A stretch of DNA of 64,000 nucleotides from Bacteroidota bacterium (GTDB lineage Bacteria; Bacteroidota; Bacteroidia; Chitinophagales; Chitinophagaceae). Where the stretch lies: the NCBI GenBank assembly GCA_013285855.1, contig JABDGW010000003.1:16810-80809 (forward strand), read 5' to 3'. The notes under the pieces were generated by a model. The model was not told where the DNA came from. It saw nothing but the letters and a program-made list of their open reading frames with translations, and ran no database searches. A program made the position numbers and the translations under genes. Numbering within the stretch: position 1 is the stretch's first letter; every line of letters begins with the position of its first letter. Below are positions 37,957 to 50,475 of the stretch, one piece after another.

Positions 37957-39420
37957 TTATTTAATCTTTATCCATTCATAAGGTTTTTCCTGCGTAAAAA
38001 TGGCTTTTGCAACCTTTCCATTTTCTCTTATAAATTCTGCAGTAGATCTTATACGCATTACATCAGGCAATAAAAATAAATTTTGCGAAAGCGGCTGTAA
38101 TACCATGTGTCTGCCGGTTTTGTTTGATAGGTCCATATATAATTTACCTTGTTCTTTATAAATTTTAAGTGTCTCACTTTTTTTAATTACGGCTTGATAT
38201 GTACCTATATATTCATCCAGGATTGCTTCACTAATTATTGCTTCTGTTTCCAGTTTATTACCCAGCGCCAGTTGAAAAATATTATTAAATAACCGAAATC
38301 TTTTGTCGCTGAAATCAGTGGTGTCTTCACCTGATAATTGATTCGTTAAAATAGAAACATAAACATCTTTATCAGGATAATATTCTTCAAAAGCTGTGAA
38401 GCCACTTACCTGACCTTCATGATGAATTCGTTTTACTCCAAAACTATCTACAAACCATCCGTAACCATAATTTGTATAAGAACCATCGCTTAATTTGTAA
38501 GATGTAAAAGCTTTGCTCAATGTTTCTTTGCTTACAAGTTTGTAATCAAGCAAAGCATTATTCCATTTATATAAATCTTCTGTTGTTGACATTAAATCGC
38601 CGCAGCCAAATGCCATTGATGCTGTTTGATATTCGCAGTTCTCAAAAAAACCTCTGTCTCTCGTATAACCTTCAACACGATTTGGAATTATGGTGTGTTC
38701 ATCTGCAAATAAAGTATGCTGCAAACCTGCAAGGCTGATAACATTTTTCATCATGTATTGATGGTAATCTTCGCCGGTAACTTTTTCAATAATGTATGCG
38801 AGCAAAACATAACCTGAATTGGAATAATTATATTTTGTTCCCGGCTTAAATTCAAGGGGCAAGTAGTCAAAATATTTAATGATTTGTGGCGGCGTAAAAT
38901 CATGACGTTCTATATAAGGATTGTGTGTTGTATCTCCGTTTGAATAATCAGGAATTCCGGAAGTATGCGTTAATAAATTTTCAATCGTAATTGTATAACC
39001 TTTAGATGGAAAGTCTTTGATATATTTTTGAATGCTATCCTGTAAAGAAATTTTCCCCTGTTCAACCAATTGCAAAATGCCAATGGCCGTAAATTGTTTT
39101 GTAATGGAACCAATTCGGAAAATCATACCAGGTTGCATGGCAACATTTAATTCAACATTGGCGCTACCAAATGCTTTCTTATATAAGATGTTATTTTTTT
39201 CTGCAATCAAAACAGAAATTCCCGGTTCGTTTGGTTTGAGTTGAGTGGCAATTAAACTATCAACAGATTTCTCTAATGCTGCCTCCGGTAAAATTTGTGA
39301 GTGCGAATTAAAGCGCAACAAACAAAAGAAGAAAATGAATGCAATGCTTTTTCTGAAAAATATTTTAATAATGGGTTTATTAAAAGTAACAGCATGGAAA
39401 CGGGATTTATAATTTTTCAT
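37957..39420 (-). CDS. Serine hydrolase (beta-lactamase class C/PBP-like), paralog of neighbour
   Basis: GSITKQF, LLTHTSG, YSNSGY, HEGQVSGF; start uncertain. Confidence 0.88.
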   Translation of the reverse strand: MKNYKSRFHAVTFNKPIIKIFFRKSIAFIFFFCLLRFNSHSQILPEAALEKSVDSLIATQLKPNEPGISVLIAEKNNILYKKAFGSANVELNVAMQPGMIFRIGSITKQFTAIGILQLVEQGKISLQDSIQKYIKDFPSKGYTITIENLLTHTSGIPDYSNGDTTHNPYIERHDFTPPQIIKYFDYLPLEFKPGTKYNYSNSGYVLLAYIIEKVTGEDYHQYMMKNVISLAGLQHTLFADEHTIIPNRVEGYTRDRGFFENCEYQTASMAFGCGDLMSTTEDLYKWNNALLDYKLVSKETLSKAFTSYKLSDGSYTNYGYGWFVDSFGVKRIHHEGQVSGFTAFEEYYPDKDVYVSILTNQLSGEDTTDFSDKRFRLFNNIFQLALGNKLETEAIISEAILDEYIGTYQAVIKKSETLKIYKEQGKLYMDLSNKTGRHMVLQPLSQNLFLLPDVMRIRSTAEFIRENGKVAKAIFTQEKPYEWIKIK

Positions 39421-40930
39421 TATTAGTTTTTAGAGCATTATTTATTTTATCAATAAGATTATAAAAATCATTCCAGGCGGCTTTGCCATCTATTTGTTGA
39501 AAAATAGTTGGAATGAAATAATAATCCGGAATTACACCGCGGTCTTTATCTCCACCAGTTGTGGCGAATTTGCAATACACAATTGAAGTATGCGCATTGA
39601 TTTTGGAATTAGGCAAAGTAAGGTCAAGCCCGTTTGTTGTTCCACCGCCAACATAACAACCTGCAGTTTCATTACCTATAATTGTTGCAAGATGATGGCT
39701 CTTTGCATTGGCTGCGCAAGTTGACGCCGCCGAAGATGTACCGCCATTTACATAAAAATATACGTTACCATGAAAACCGTTTGGCTGTGGATTAAAAGTC
39801 TTTAGTTCGAGTGAATATTTTGTTTGGGCCTTTGCATAAATCTTTCCATCAATTACAGTATCAATAAAAGCATATTTGTTGCTCTTGACATCTGCAGGAA
39901 GATTACTGATTTTAAAAAAACTGTCATCATCATTTATAAGATATTCGCTTTCTATAAAACGTGTTGGTGTATCAATTAAATAACTCAGCAACTGGCAGGC
40001 GTATTCTTCATCTCCGCCACCGTTATAAGCAAGATTAATAATAAGATTAGCAGGCTTTTCTTTTTGAATTTTCGTAAAAAAATCATTATACAATTTGAAC
40101 AACTTATCTCTGTTGCCGCCGAAGTCTGTAACAGTAATAGCGGCTATGCTTTTATCTTTAATAAATTCAAGGCGACATGGATTCTTTTTTAATTTTCTAT
40201 ATTTTTTATCCTGTTCAAGAACTACTTTGTTAGCAGGATTAGCCAATCCAAGTTTTTTGTTTGCGTCAAGTTTTAAATCAGTATCAAAATGGCGTGAGAA
40301 TATTTCTCCCTGTGCATTTTTAAATTTAATATCATATGCATGCGGCTGTTCAATAAACATATAATAATATAGATTGAATGTAAGGTCAGAAACTGCAGCT
40401 TCTTTGCCTGATTCCATGTTCCCATCCGCAGGCAGGTATTTAAATATTACATGTTCAATGCTATCAACAGGATAATGATTGATGGTTAAAATTTCATCAC
40501 CCAAATGAATGCTTGTATCTGTCGTTCTGTTAACTGCCATGTACGCTTTGTCTTTTATAAAAAATAATTGAAAAGGAATTAAATTCCACTGCAAAGCTCT
40601 TTTTCCATAATCACCGCCATAAGGATTAGAGTATGTGTGTTCACATTTTACTTCGGCAATTAAATAAGCAATGATTTTGTAGAAATCAAAGAACGCTTTT
40701 GGCTGATTGAGCAAAGCGTACAAGCTGTCCATTTTATACTGCATCTCTTCTTTTGTATGATGCATGTACAAACCCGGATGCGTTTTTTCCAAAGCATTTC
40801 GCAGGTAATTAAAGTCCCGCTGCATTTCAGCGGGTTGAAAAACTCTTGTCTCAGGAATATCCTGCGCTTTTGTTTTTGAGAAAAAAAACAATTGTAGCAG
40901 GATAAGAATAAAGACAGCAATTTTTTTCAA
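39407..40930 (-). CDS. S41 family peptidase
   Basis: Signal peptide, HPGLY, LIINLAYNGGG, TSSAAS, IGNETAG, DRGVIPD. Confidence 0.85.
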   Translation of the reverse strand: MKKIAVFILILLQLFFFSKTKAQDIPETRVFQPAEMQRDFNYLRNALEKTHPGLYMHHTKEEMQYKMDSLYALLNQPKAFFDFYKIIAYLIAEVKCEHTYSNPYGGDYGKRALQWNLIPFQLFFIKDKAYMAVNRTTDTSIHLGDEILTINHYPVDSIEHVIFKYLPADGNMESGKEAAVSDLTFNLYYYMFIEQPHAYDIKFKNAQGEIFSRHFDTDLKLDANKKLGLANPANKVVLEQDKKYRKLKKNPCRLEFIKDKSIAAITVTDFGGNRDKLFKLYNDFFTKIQKEKPANLIINLAYNGGGDEEYACQLLSYLIDTPTRFIESEYLINDDDSFFKISNLPADVKSNKYAFIDTVIDGKIYAKAQTKYSLELKTFNPQPNGFHGNVYFYVNGGTSSAASTCAANAKSHHLATIIGNETAGCYVGGGTTNGLDLTLPNSKINAHTSIVYCKFATTGGDKDRGVIPDYYFIPTIFQQIDGKAAWNDFYNLIDKINNALKTNNEKL

Positions 40931-41039
40931 ACGTTTTATTATTTAAGACACGAATTTCTTCTACTTCAAAACAAAAAGGTGAAATATCATTGCTCAAATC
41001 CGGATTTGATAAGTATTAAAGCGGAAATTGAATGGTTGA

Positions 41040-42188
41040 TTACTGAATTTGCAATACGCTTTTACGGAATTCTGAAGGAGATTGCCCGGTTGATTGTTTA
41101 AATATCCGCTGAAAAGTTGCCTGCGAACTAAAACCACATTCCAATGCAATTCCGGCAATGGTTAAGTTATCAAGTTCAGGTTGTGCTATTTTCTGCTTAA
41201 AACATTCAACGCGGTATTCATTTATAAACTCATTAAAACTTTTGTGTACATGTTGGTTAAGAACGAATGAAATTGTTTTTTGCGAAATGCCTGTATGTTC
41301 TGCCAGTAAGTTCAAATTTAGATTTTGATTGAGATATAATTTTTCATCAGCCATCGCTTTCTTTAATGAAGAAATGGTTTGTTCAATTACGGAAGAAGAT
41401 AAAGCTGAAGTGCCTGCTGCAGATTTTTTTAAAGTAATATTATCAGCCTGAGATCTTGCATATCCTTTTATACCAAGCCAGTAAATCATAATGGCAAGCG
41501 GAATATAAATTGGATACCAGTCAACAGCATCAAGCAGTTTATTAGAATATTTTGGAATAACATACGGAATAAGAAAAATAAACCAGAGAATTTGAAAACC
41601 AGAGAATACGCGTATGAATTGCTGCAACCATTTAAAATTATTCGCTTGTCCGTTTAATGTATCAGCATGTTTTAATTTAAAAGCAGCAAGTGATTTAGAC
41701 GATAACCAAACGTAAAAACTTACAGACATCCATCTTGGAATATCTGCATACACATTGTATGTATCAATAAAATTTCCCCATGGCTGCGGGTGATTTTTAA
41801 AAATGCCGGTAAGTAATCCAGCAATATAAATAATTACTGTGAGCTGAGGGACGAGATCAATGATGACAGGATAAAAATGAAAGCGTAATTTTTTTGTGAA
41901 CTTAAAATTTGCATCAAGCGAAGACTGAATATAAAAATATAAAAGCGGCCCCATCGGCATTACAACCACCATCGGAACAAAATTGGAAATGAACCGGAGA
42001 ATATCAGAATTAAACCAGTTTTTATAATTGGCATACAAGTTAAAACTTGCCAGCGCCATCAGAAAAATTAATACTGACAATAAGCGGTTTGACTGCTTAT
42101 TCTTCTTTGAGAAAAAAAGCAGGCTGCTGATAATTAAACCTTGTATAGAACCGAGCAGGATAATAGTATTTAGTAATGCTGTATTCAA
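41040..42188 (-). CDS. Membrane-bound AraC-family transcriptional regulator
   Basis: Multi-TM N-terminus; C-terminal SFNEFINEYRV...IALECGFSSQATFQRIFK...PSEFR. Confidence 0.92.
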   Translation of the reverse strand: MNTALLNTIILLGSIQGLIISSLLFFSKKNKQSNRLLSVLIFLMALASFNLYANYKNWFNSDILRFISNFVPMVVVMPMGPLLYFYIQSSLDANFKFTKKLRFHFYPVIIDLVPQLTVIIYIAGLLTGIFKNHPQPWGNFIDTYNVYADIPRWMSVSFYVWLSSKSLAAFKLKHADTLNGQANNFKWLQQFIRVFSGFQILWFIFLIPYVIPKYSNKLLDAVDWYPIYIPLAIMIYWLGIKGYARSQADNITLKKSAAGTSALSSSVIEQTISSLKKAMADEKLYLNQNLNLNLLAEHTGISQKTISFVLNQHVHKSFNEFINEYRVECFKQKIAQPELDNLTIAGIALECGFSSQATFQRIFKQSTGQSPSEFRKSVLQIQ

Positions 42189-42403
42189 ATTATTTTTATT
42201 GTAAACCTAAGCATTCCTGTGCTTTTGATGCTTAAACAAGTATGCTGCAATTTTATTTAATGTTGAATTTACTGCATCACGAAAATCATGATAAAAATTA
42301 ATAGTTTTTACTACTTTTTTTTCAAGATTTTTTCAAAACAAAAACAATTCATAAAACCGCAATTAAACCTTGACGAATTAGCAAAAAACCCCTTTATTTT
42401 TCG

Positions 42404-42411
42404 TAAGTTTG
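42404..42411 (+). promoter_or_regulatory. Bacteroidota -7 promoter element for gyrB
   Basis: TAAGTTTG matches TAnnTTTG; similar elements at 7269 (+), 12537 (-), 21961 (+), 46508 (-), 50460 (+), 52734 (+), 54932 (-), 61756 (-). Confidence 0.55.
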
Positions 42412-42426
42412 CGCACTTGATTTTAA

Positions 42427-44424
<1,998 letters not shown>

Positions 44425-44549
44425 TTTGCATTGTGTAAATTTTTGAAATATCAAACTAAATTCTGTTCACCAACCTCTTTAAATTAATCTCTTTTCAGTT
44501 TGCGGTCTTGTATATATGGATATAAAAAGTCTTTATATTAATTTGCCTG

Positions 44550-46205
44550 ATGCTTTCAAAGCTTATCATACAGAATTATGCAATCATAGATGCTATTGAA
44601 ATAAATTTTTCTGAACATTTTAATATTATAACCGGTGAAACCGGTGCCGGCAAAAGTATTTTAGTTGGTGCACTAAGTTTGATCTTAGGAGAACGTGCAG
44701 ATTCATCAGCGTTGCTTAATAAAGAAAAGAAATGTTTTATAGAAGGATTTTTTAATGTTGAAGGAAAGCAGAATGTTTTTCATTTCTTAAATGAAAACGA
44801 GTTTTCTGCAGATATTGAATTGGTTTTAAGAAGAGAAATTGCCGCCAATGGAAAATCACGCGGATTTATAAATGATACGCCTGCAAATCTTCAGCAGCTA
44901 AAACAGCTTACATCGTTGCTTGTTGATCTTCATCAGCAGTTTGATACACTGGAATTAGGAGATACAGATTTTCAACGGGAAGTATTGGATGCCCTGGCTG
45001 GTAATGAAAAATTGTTATTGCATTATATTTCTTTATTTACTGAATGGAAAAAAACGCAACAATATTTAACGGAACTAACAACTCAAAAAAATACTTTTCA
45101 AAAAGAACTTGATTACAACCAATTCCTGTTTGATGAATTAAATGAAGCTGACCTGAAAGAAAATGAACTTGAAGACCTGGATAATGAACTGCAAATATTA
45201 ACCAACGCTGAAGAAATAAAAAAAGCGCTTAATAATGCAGTGTATGATTTAAAAGAAAGCGAACATCCGGTTGTTCAATCAATAAAACAATTAATAAGCA
45301 AGCTGAACAGCTACGCTGCTTTTAATACGCAACTGCATGAATTGATTGCACGTTTACAAAGCGTACATATTGAATTAGCAGATGTTAGTGATGAATTGGA
45401 AAGTTTAAATGACAAAGTAAATTATGATGAAGTGCGCATTAATTTTATTAATGAGCGTTTAACGCAAGGTTATCGTTTGCAAAAAAAACACGCTGTTCAA
45501 TCAACCAATCAATTAATTGATATTAAAAACGAATTGCAAAAAAAACTTGATGCAGTTTTGAATATTGATGAAGCAATTGCAATTACTCAAAATAAATTTA
45601 ATCAGCAATCCTCGCAGCTTGAAACAATTGCTGAAGACTTATCTGCAAAAAGAAAAAAGATAATTCCTGCCTTTACAAAAAATGTGAACATATTACTTGC
45701 CCAGGTTGGAATGCCCAATGCAAAAATCGAAGTGTCGGCTACTCAGACTAATATTCATCAATACGGAAAAAATACAATTGAGTTTTTGTTTGATGCCAAT
45801 AAAAGCAACCGTTTTGAACCTTTGCGTAAAGTTGCAAGTGGCGGTGAATTAAGCAGGTTGATGCTTTGCATTAAATCACTGGTTGCAGAAAAAATAAATT
45901 TACCTACTTTAATTTTTGATGAGATTGATACCGGCATTTCAGGCGAAGCTGCAAAACAGGTTGGAATTATTTTAAAACAATTGGCAAAGCAGCGACAGGT
46001 TATTTCAATTACACACCAGCCGCAAATTGCCGGCAAAGCTGATGCACATTTTTATGTATACAAACAAATAAAAAATGATGCGGTACAAACCAACATCCGC
46101 TTATTAAATAAAGATGAGCGCATACAGGCAATTGCTCAAATGCTTGCCGGCGAACCGCCAACTGCTGCTGCTATAGAAAATGCGAAAGAAATGATTGGAA
46201 ATTAG
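44550..46205 (+). CDS. recN: DNA repair protein RecN
   Basis: TGETGAGKS, coiled coil, ASGGELSR, FDEIDTG, ITHQPQIA. Confidence 0.96.
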   Translation: MLSKLIIQNYAIIDAIEINFSEHFNIITGETGAGKSILVGALSLILGERADSSALLNKEKKCFIEGFFNVEGKQNVFHFLNENEFSADIELVLRREIAANGKSRGFINDTPANLQQLKQLTSLLVDLHQQFDTLELGDTDFQREVLDALAGNEKLLLHYISLFTEWKKTQQYLTELTTQKNTFQKELDYNQFLFDELNEADLKENELEDLDNELQILTNAEEIKKALNNAVYDLKESEHPVVQSIKQLISKLNSYAAFNTQLHELIARLQSVHIELADVSDELESLNDKVNYDEVRINFINERLTQGYRLQKKHAVQSTNQLIDIKNELQKKLDAVLNIDEAIAITQNKFNQQSSQLETIAEDLSAKRKKIIPAFTKNVNILLAQVGMPNAKIEVSATQTNIHQYGKNTIEFLFDANKSNRFEPLRKVASGGELSRLMLCIKSLVAEKINLPTLIFDEIDTGISGEAAKQVGIILKQLAKQRQVISITHQPQIAGKADAHFYVYKQIKNDAVQTNIRLLNKDERIQAIAQMLAGEPPTAAAIENAKEMIGN

Positions 46206-46234
46206 TAAGACAAATTTGCTAGTTAGGAAATAAA

Positions 46235-46259
46235 AAAGGCTGATGCAACATCAGCCTTT
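46235..46259. terminator. Bidirectional terminator between recN and rpmH
   Basis: AAAGGCTGATG-CAA-CATCAGCCTTT. Confidence 0.8.
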
Positions 46260-46278
46260 ATAAAAATTTGCTATTAAT

Positions 46279-46434
46279 TTATTTTAATGCTCTTTCATCA
46301 GAAACGCTGAGTTTTTTGCGGCCCTTTGCTCTGCGGCTTCCCAAAACTTTACGGCCATTGGCTGTTTGCATGCGCTTACGAAAGCCGTGTACGCTTTTGC
46401 GGCGGCGAGTATGCGGCTGAAATGTTCTCTTCAT
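46279..46434 (-). CDS. rpmH: 50S ribosomal protein L34
   Basis: Below ORF-track cutoff; translates [51 protein letters not shown]. Confidence 0.97.
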   Translation of the reverse strand: MKRTFQPHTRRRKSVHGFRKRMQTANGRKVLGSRRAKGRKKLSVSDERALK

Positions 46435-46636
46435 AAAATGTTTTTATTATCAAATAATTTCGTTCAAACAGGCAACAGTCACCATACTGCACCTTGTGAA
46501 AGGACGGCAAAAGTAAAAGAATTTGCGGAATAAACAGCAATAAAATGAATAAAACGTCATGCTAAAATTGAAGATCAAAGGGATATTAGATAAAATTCTT
46601 TGCACCTTTCTGTAAACTTGCATTCTTTGTGCAATC

Positions 46637-47374
46637 ATGACGCATAAAACCAGAGGAATCGTTTTGCGAACTGTTCAATACGGTGAAACAAGTGTAATAA
46701 CTACTGTTTATACTGAGTTATTTGGTTTGCAAAGTTATATTGTAAAAGGCGTTCGTCAATCCACAAGCAAATCACAGTCAAAGCAAATGTATTTTCAGCC
46801 TTCGGCGATATTGGAAATGGAAGTATATCATAACAATCTAAAAAACCTGCAATTCATAAAAGAATACAAATGGAGCTATTTATACAATAAGGTTTTGTTT
46901 GATATTACACGTAATGCAATCGCGCAGTTTATGATTGAACTATTTCAATATTCTATAAAGCAGCCGGAAGCTAATCCTGAATTATTTTATTTGCTTGAAG
47001 GAAGTTTGCATGAAGCTGATAAAGGATCAGATGCAATTGCGGCCAATCTTCCTTTGTATTTTATGCTTCACCTGGCAACAGAATCCGGTTTTCAATTGCA
47101 GGGAGGTTTTTCTGCTGAAACGCCTGTGCTTAATTTAAAAGAAGGTATTTATACAATAGAAGAGCCTTCGCATCCTGAGTTTATTACAGGATTCATAGCA
47201 GAAACAATTTCAAAAATTCAAGGCATTCAATTTTATAATGATCTTGAAAATATAAAATTAAACAGGCAGACGCGGGCACAGGTTTTAAGTGTATTATTAC
47301 AGTATATGTCTTATCATATAACAGATTTTAAAGAGCTTAAAAGCCTGCCTGTTTTAAGAGAGATATTAGATTAG
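46637..47374 (+). CDS. recO: DNA repair protein RecO
   Basis: KTRGIVLRTVQYGETSVI...YTELFGLQSYIVKGVR; LKSLPVLREIL C-terminus. Confidence 0.93.
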   Translation: MTHKTRGIVLRTVQYGETSVITTVYTELFGLQSYIVKGVRQSTSKSQSKQMYFQPSAILEMEVYHNNLKNLQFIKEYKWSYLYNKVLFDITRNAIAQFMIELFQYSIKQPEANPELFYLLEGSLHEADKGSDAIAANLPLYFMLHLATESGFQLQGGFSAETPVLNLKEGIYTIEEPSHPEFITGFIAETISKIQGIQFYNDLENIKLNRQTRAQVLSVLLQYMSYHITDFKELKSLPVLREILD

Positions 47375-47380
47375 CAAAAC

Positions 47381-49210
47381 CTAATTTTTTATAAAGATTT
47401 GATTTGATCTTGTATTGCCTTCTATAATATTTAAAGAGTAAGTTCCCGCAGCTAGTTTTCTTACATCAATCAATTCATCAGCATTTATTGATGTAATTGT
47501 TTTTTCAAGAACTAATCTTGCATCGGCAGAATATATTTTCAATTTTATATTAATTGTGTTGTTATTCAATTGCACATGCAGCCAATCTTTTACAGGGTTA
47601 GGAAATATTCTTACGAATGCTTTATTTATATTGGCTGTTTTTACATCACTGAAAGAATATTTTCCATCTTTATCAATAAACTTCAGTTTATAATAATTCG
47701 TTCCTGTAAAAGGAGTATTATCAAGATAGTTATAATCCGAACCGCCTAAAGCGTTTTTTGCGGGCAGTTTCGTAAGCAGCGAATAATTCTTGCCGTCGTT
47801 GCTTCTGTATATTTCAATAAAGCTGCTGTTAATTTCTTCAGTTGTTTTCCATTGTAACGATACCATATTATTTTTTTCAGTTATCGCTGTAAAAGCAGTT
47901 AACTTAACCGGCAGTATATCGCATAAACTATTATAAATAAGTTCGTCTTCAAAAACTGCAAAACCTGAATTAAACACGCTGGTATTTGCGTTTGATACAG
48001 TTACAACACGATCTGCCAGCTCGCCAAAATCTTCTGACTTCCGTTTTGCATTTGCAGCGCCACATAGTGAAAAATTACTATCGAAGCGCATAAGTAAAAA
48101 ATCATTTGACCCGTTTTTTCCTGTAATACCTGCAGCTGCATAATCTCCTGCACTTGTTCTTATTAGTTTTGTTGCCTGAAAAGAGGCTGTATCTGATGAA
48201 ACAGTTTTTGTCCAAAGTATTTTTCCTTCGCCATTAATTTCACTAACAAAAAAATTAGCGTAAGAACCCGAAACAGAAGGAATGCTGCCGCTTATTAAAA
48301 TATTGCCATCTTCGGTTTCTGCAATTGTTTTAGCGTTATCCGAATTTTCGCCCTTTATACGTTTGGAAAAATTAAGGTTTCCATCTTTATCTGTTTTTAA
48401 AATGTACATAAACTGGTATTGCGGCGTGCTTTCTATATCAAATGTAAAACCTGTAACAGCAAAGCCTCCATCGGCAGTTTCAATTAAACCGGTTGGCATG
48501 TCTGTACTAATGCCACCCACTGATTTTGCCCATTTAAATTTACCTGTTTTGTCAAGTTTAATTAAGAAAATATCATAATAAGCACCGCCTGCTGTTTCAT
48601 TTGCTGTAAAAGCATAACCGCTGTCTTTTGTAACAACCAGAGTTTGCACAGCAGGGTAATAGCTGCGATCAAAAATACGTTTAGACCATTCCACATTACC
48701 TGAAAAATCTGTCTTTAATACATATCCCCAGGAACCATTGTCGTATGTTTCGGCATAACCGCCAATTACAAAACCACCTTCCGGTGTTTGTATAATGGAA
48801 TGCGCGCCATTCCTTGTGCTGGCACTGTAAAATTTACTCCACTCAAGATTGCCGGACGCATCTAATTTTATAACGATAAGATAGTTCCTGTTTCCACCAC
48901 TAACACCTGAAACAGCACAACCACCATCTGTAGTAGCGGTTATACAGAAAACATGATCGTAATCAGAGCTGCCACATCTTTTATTCCACAATAAATTTCC
49001 GGTTGCATCAAACTTTGTTATAAGCACATCAGATTTTGTAAGTCCGAAAGAATATGTATCGCCGGCCATTATAAAACCACCATCTGTAGTTTGGGCTATG
49101 CAGTTTGCAGCATCATTGGCTGAACCGCCAACAGATTTCATGAAAGTTTGGGCATTTATACAGGTAAGGGAAATAAAAAAGCAAGCAATAAGCGTAAAAT
49201 GTTTTCTCAT
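47381..49210 (-). CDS. T9SS type A sorting-domain protein with beta-propeller-like repeats
   Basis: Repeats of (Q/T)T.DGGF..G ... K.D..GN..W.K; LPVKL..F linker; IFPNP...L.AG.Y CTD. Confidence 0.88.
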   Translation of the reverse strand: MRKHFTLIACFFISLTCINAQTFMKSVGGSANDAANCIAQTTDGGFIMAGDTYSFGLTKSDVLITKFDATGNLLWNKRCGSSDYDHVFCITATTDGGCAVSGVSGGNRNYLIVIKLDASGNLEWSKFYSASTRNGAHSIIQTPEGGFVIGGYAETYDNGSWGYVLKTDFSGNVEWSKRIFDRSYYPAVQTLVVTKDSGYAFTANETAGGAYYDIFLIKLDKTGKFKWAKSVGGISTDMPTGLIETADGGFAVTGFTFDIESTPQYQFMYILKTDKDGNLNFSKRIKGENSDNAKTIAETEDGNILISGSIPSVSGSYANFFVSEINGEGKILWTKTVSSDTASFQATKLIRTSAGDYAAAGITGKNGSNDFLLMRFDSNFSLCGAANAKRKSEDFGELADRVVTVSNANTSVFNSGFAVFEDELIYNSLCDILPVKLTAFTAITEKNNMVSLQWKTTEEINSSFIEIYRSNDGKNYSLLTKLPAKNALGGSDYNYLDNTPFTGTNYYKLKFIDKDGKYSFSDVKTANINKAFVRIFPNPVKDWLHVQLNNNTINIKLKIYSADARLVLEKTITSINADELIDVRKLAAGTYSLNIIEGNTRSNQIFIKN

Positions 49211-49243
49211 ACAGTCAAGGTTTATTATAAAAATATAATTTTT

Positions 49244-50431
49244 TTATAAAAGTCTTTTGACTGATGTGTTATGATTTAATTTTTTTTGAAGTATGTTATC
49301 AATTAATAATACACCTGGTTTTTTGCCTTTACCAAAACTTCCTGACACCTCATCTATACCCAGCGCTTTTGCTCCGTTTAATGTTACCCAATTCAACAAT
49401 TCCTGTAATTGCAATGAGGGGAATTTTTTTTGAAGCGTTTTCATTTCATCCAGAATACTTAAACTCCAATTGCTTGAATAACTATCTGTTCCCAAAACGA
49501 TTGTACAATTATTTTGTTTAAGAAGTTCAACAGGCGGCAATTTGTTTTCTATATATAAATTGGCATTTGGGCATAAGCACCAGAATAATTGTTGATTGCA
49601 GATTTTAGATTGCTGATTCGCGAATTCTATATCTTCTTGCGATGTAAATGTGTTATGAATTGATAAGATGTTTTTTGGTTTATCAAGCAAGGGTAAATAA
49701 GATTGTAAGCTACTTGTATTGTAAGGCTGAAAAAAATCTGTATTAATATTTAGATGATGATATAACCTTAAAAAATCTCCGGTTTTAGTTTGATACAATT
49801 CATCTTCCGCCAAAGTTTCCTGGTTATGAATTGAAATGATTTTTTCTGCTGAAAAATCATTAATCAAATTAAACATTGAAGTGCTGATTGTGTACGGAGC
49901 ATGAGGAACTATCGAAGTATTTTCTTTAAAACCTGCCTCGCAAAAGGTATTATATACATTTAAATAAGGTTCGAAAACAGTCTTTGATTTTTCTTCGGTA
50001 AAGCCAAGCACTTCAATAAAATTGTGATATTGAATTTTGCTTTTCAGTTTTGTTTTTAGTGAGTCTGTTGTATTGCTGATATCTCCAATAGCAACAATAC
50101 CGCCATTATACATTTCTTCATTTGCTGAGTGCATTGCAGCGTCAATTTCTTCAGTAATAGCAGAACGTTTACTTATAACTTTTATTAAAAAATCAACCAG
50201 CCCTGTTCCACTTTCAATCACATTTTTCATGTGGCTTAATTCCAAATGACAATGACAGTTTATAAAGCCCGGGGAAATAAGTCCTTTAAAAATTTCAATA
50301 TCATCACCTGCATCTTTCGCTTCAACAATTGTTTCAATCGTACCTTTTTCGTCGGTAACCAAAACATTATTTTCTTCAAGCAACTCAGTACCAGTGAAAA
50401 TATAATCAGCTTTAAACTTTCTATAACCCAT
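49244..50431 (-). CDS. Metal-dependent amidohydrolase (deaminase-like)
   Basis: [29 protein letters not shown]. Confidence 0.88.
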   Translation of the reverse strand: MGYRKFKADYIFTGTELLEENNVLVTDEKGTIETIVEAKDAGDDIEIFKGLISPGFINCHCHLELSHMKNVIESGTGLVDFLIKVISKRSAITEEIDAAMHSANEEMYNGGIVAIGDISNTTDSLKTKLKSKIQYHNFIEVLGFTEEKSKTVFEPYLNVYNTFCEAGFKENTSIVPHAPYTISTSMFNLINDFSAEKIISIHNQETLAEDELYQTKTGDFLRLYHHLNINTDFFQPYNTSSLQSYLPLLDKPKNILSIHNTFTSQEDIEFANQQSKICNQQLFWCLCPNANLYIENKLPPVELLKQNNCTIVLGTDSYSSNWSLSILDEMKTLQKKFPSLQLQELLNWVTLNGAKALGIDEVSGSFGKGKKPGVLLIDNILQKKLNHNTSVKRLL

Positions 50432-50475
50432 GCATCAAAATTAACCACCCAAAATCATATAAATTTGCGCACTTT

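Noticed and set aside
36585-39420. Serine hydrolases as true beta-lactam resistance genes
   Set aside because: SxxK and YxN are shared by the whole family; the third motif is HGG/HEG rather than KTG, so resistance cannot be claimed.
47381-49210. Internal repeats in the T9SS cargo protein
   Set aside because: Ordinary propeller-type protein repeats, common in Bacteroidota secreted proteins.
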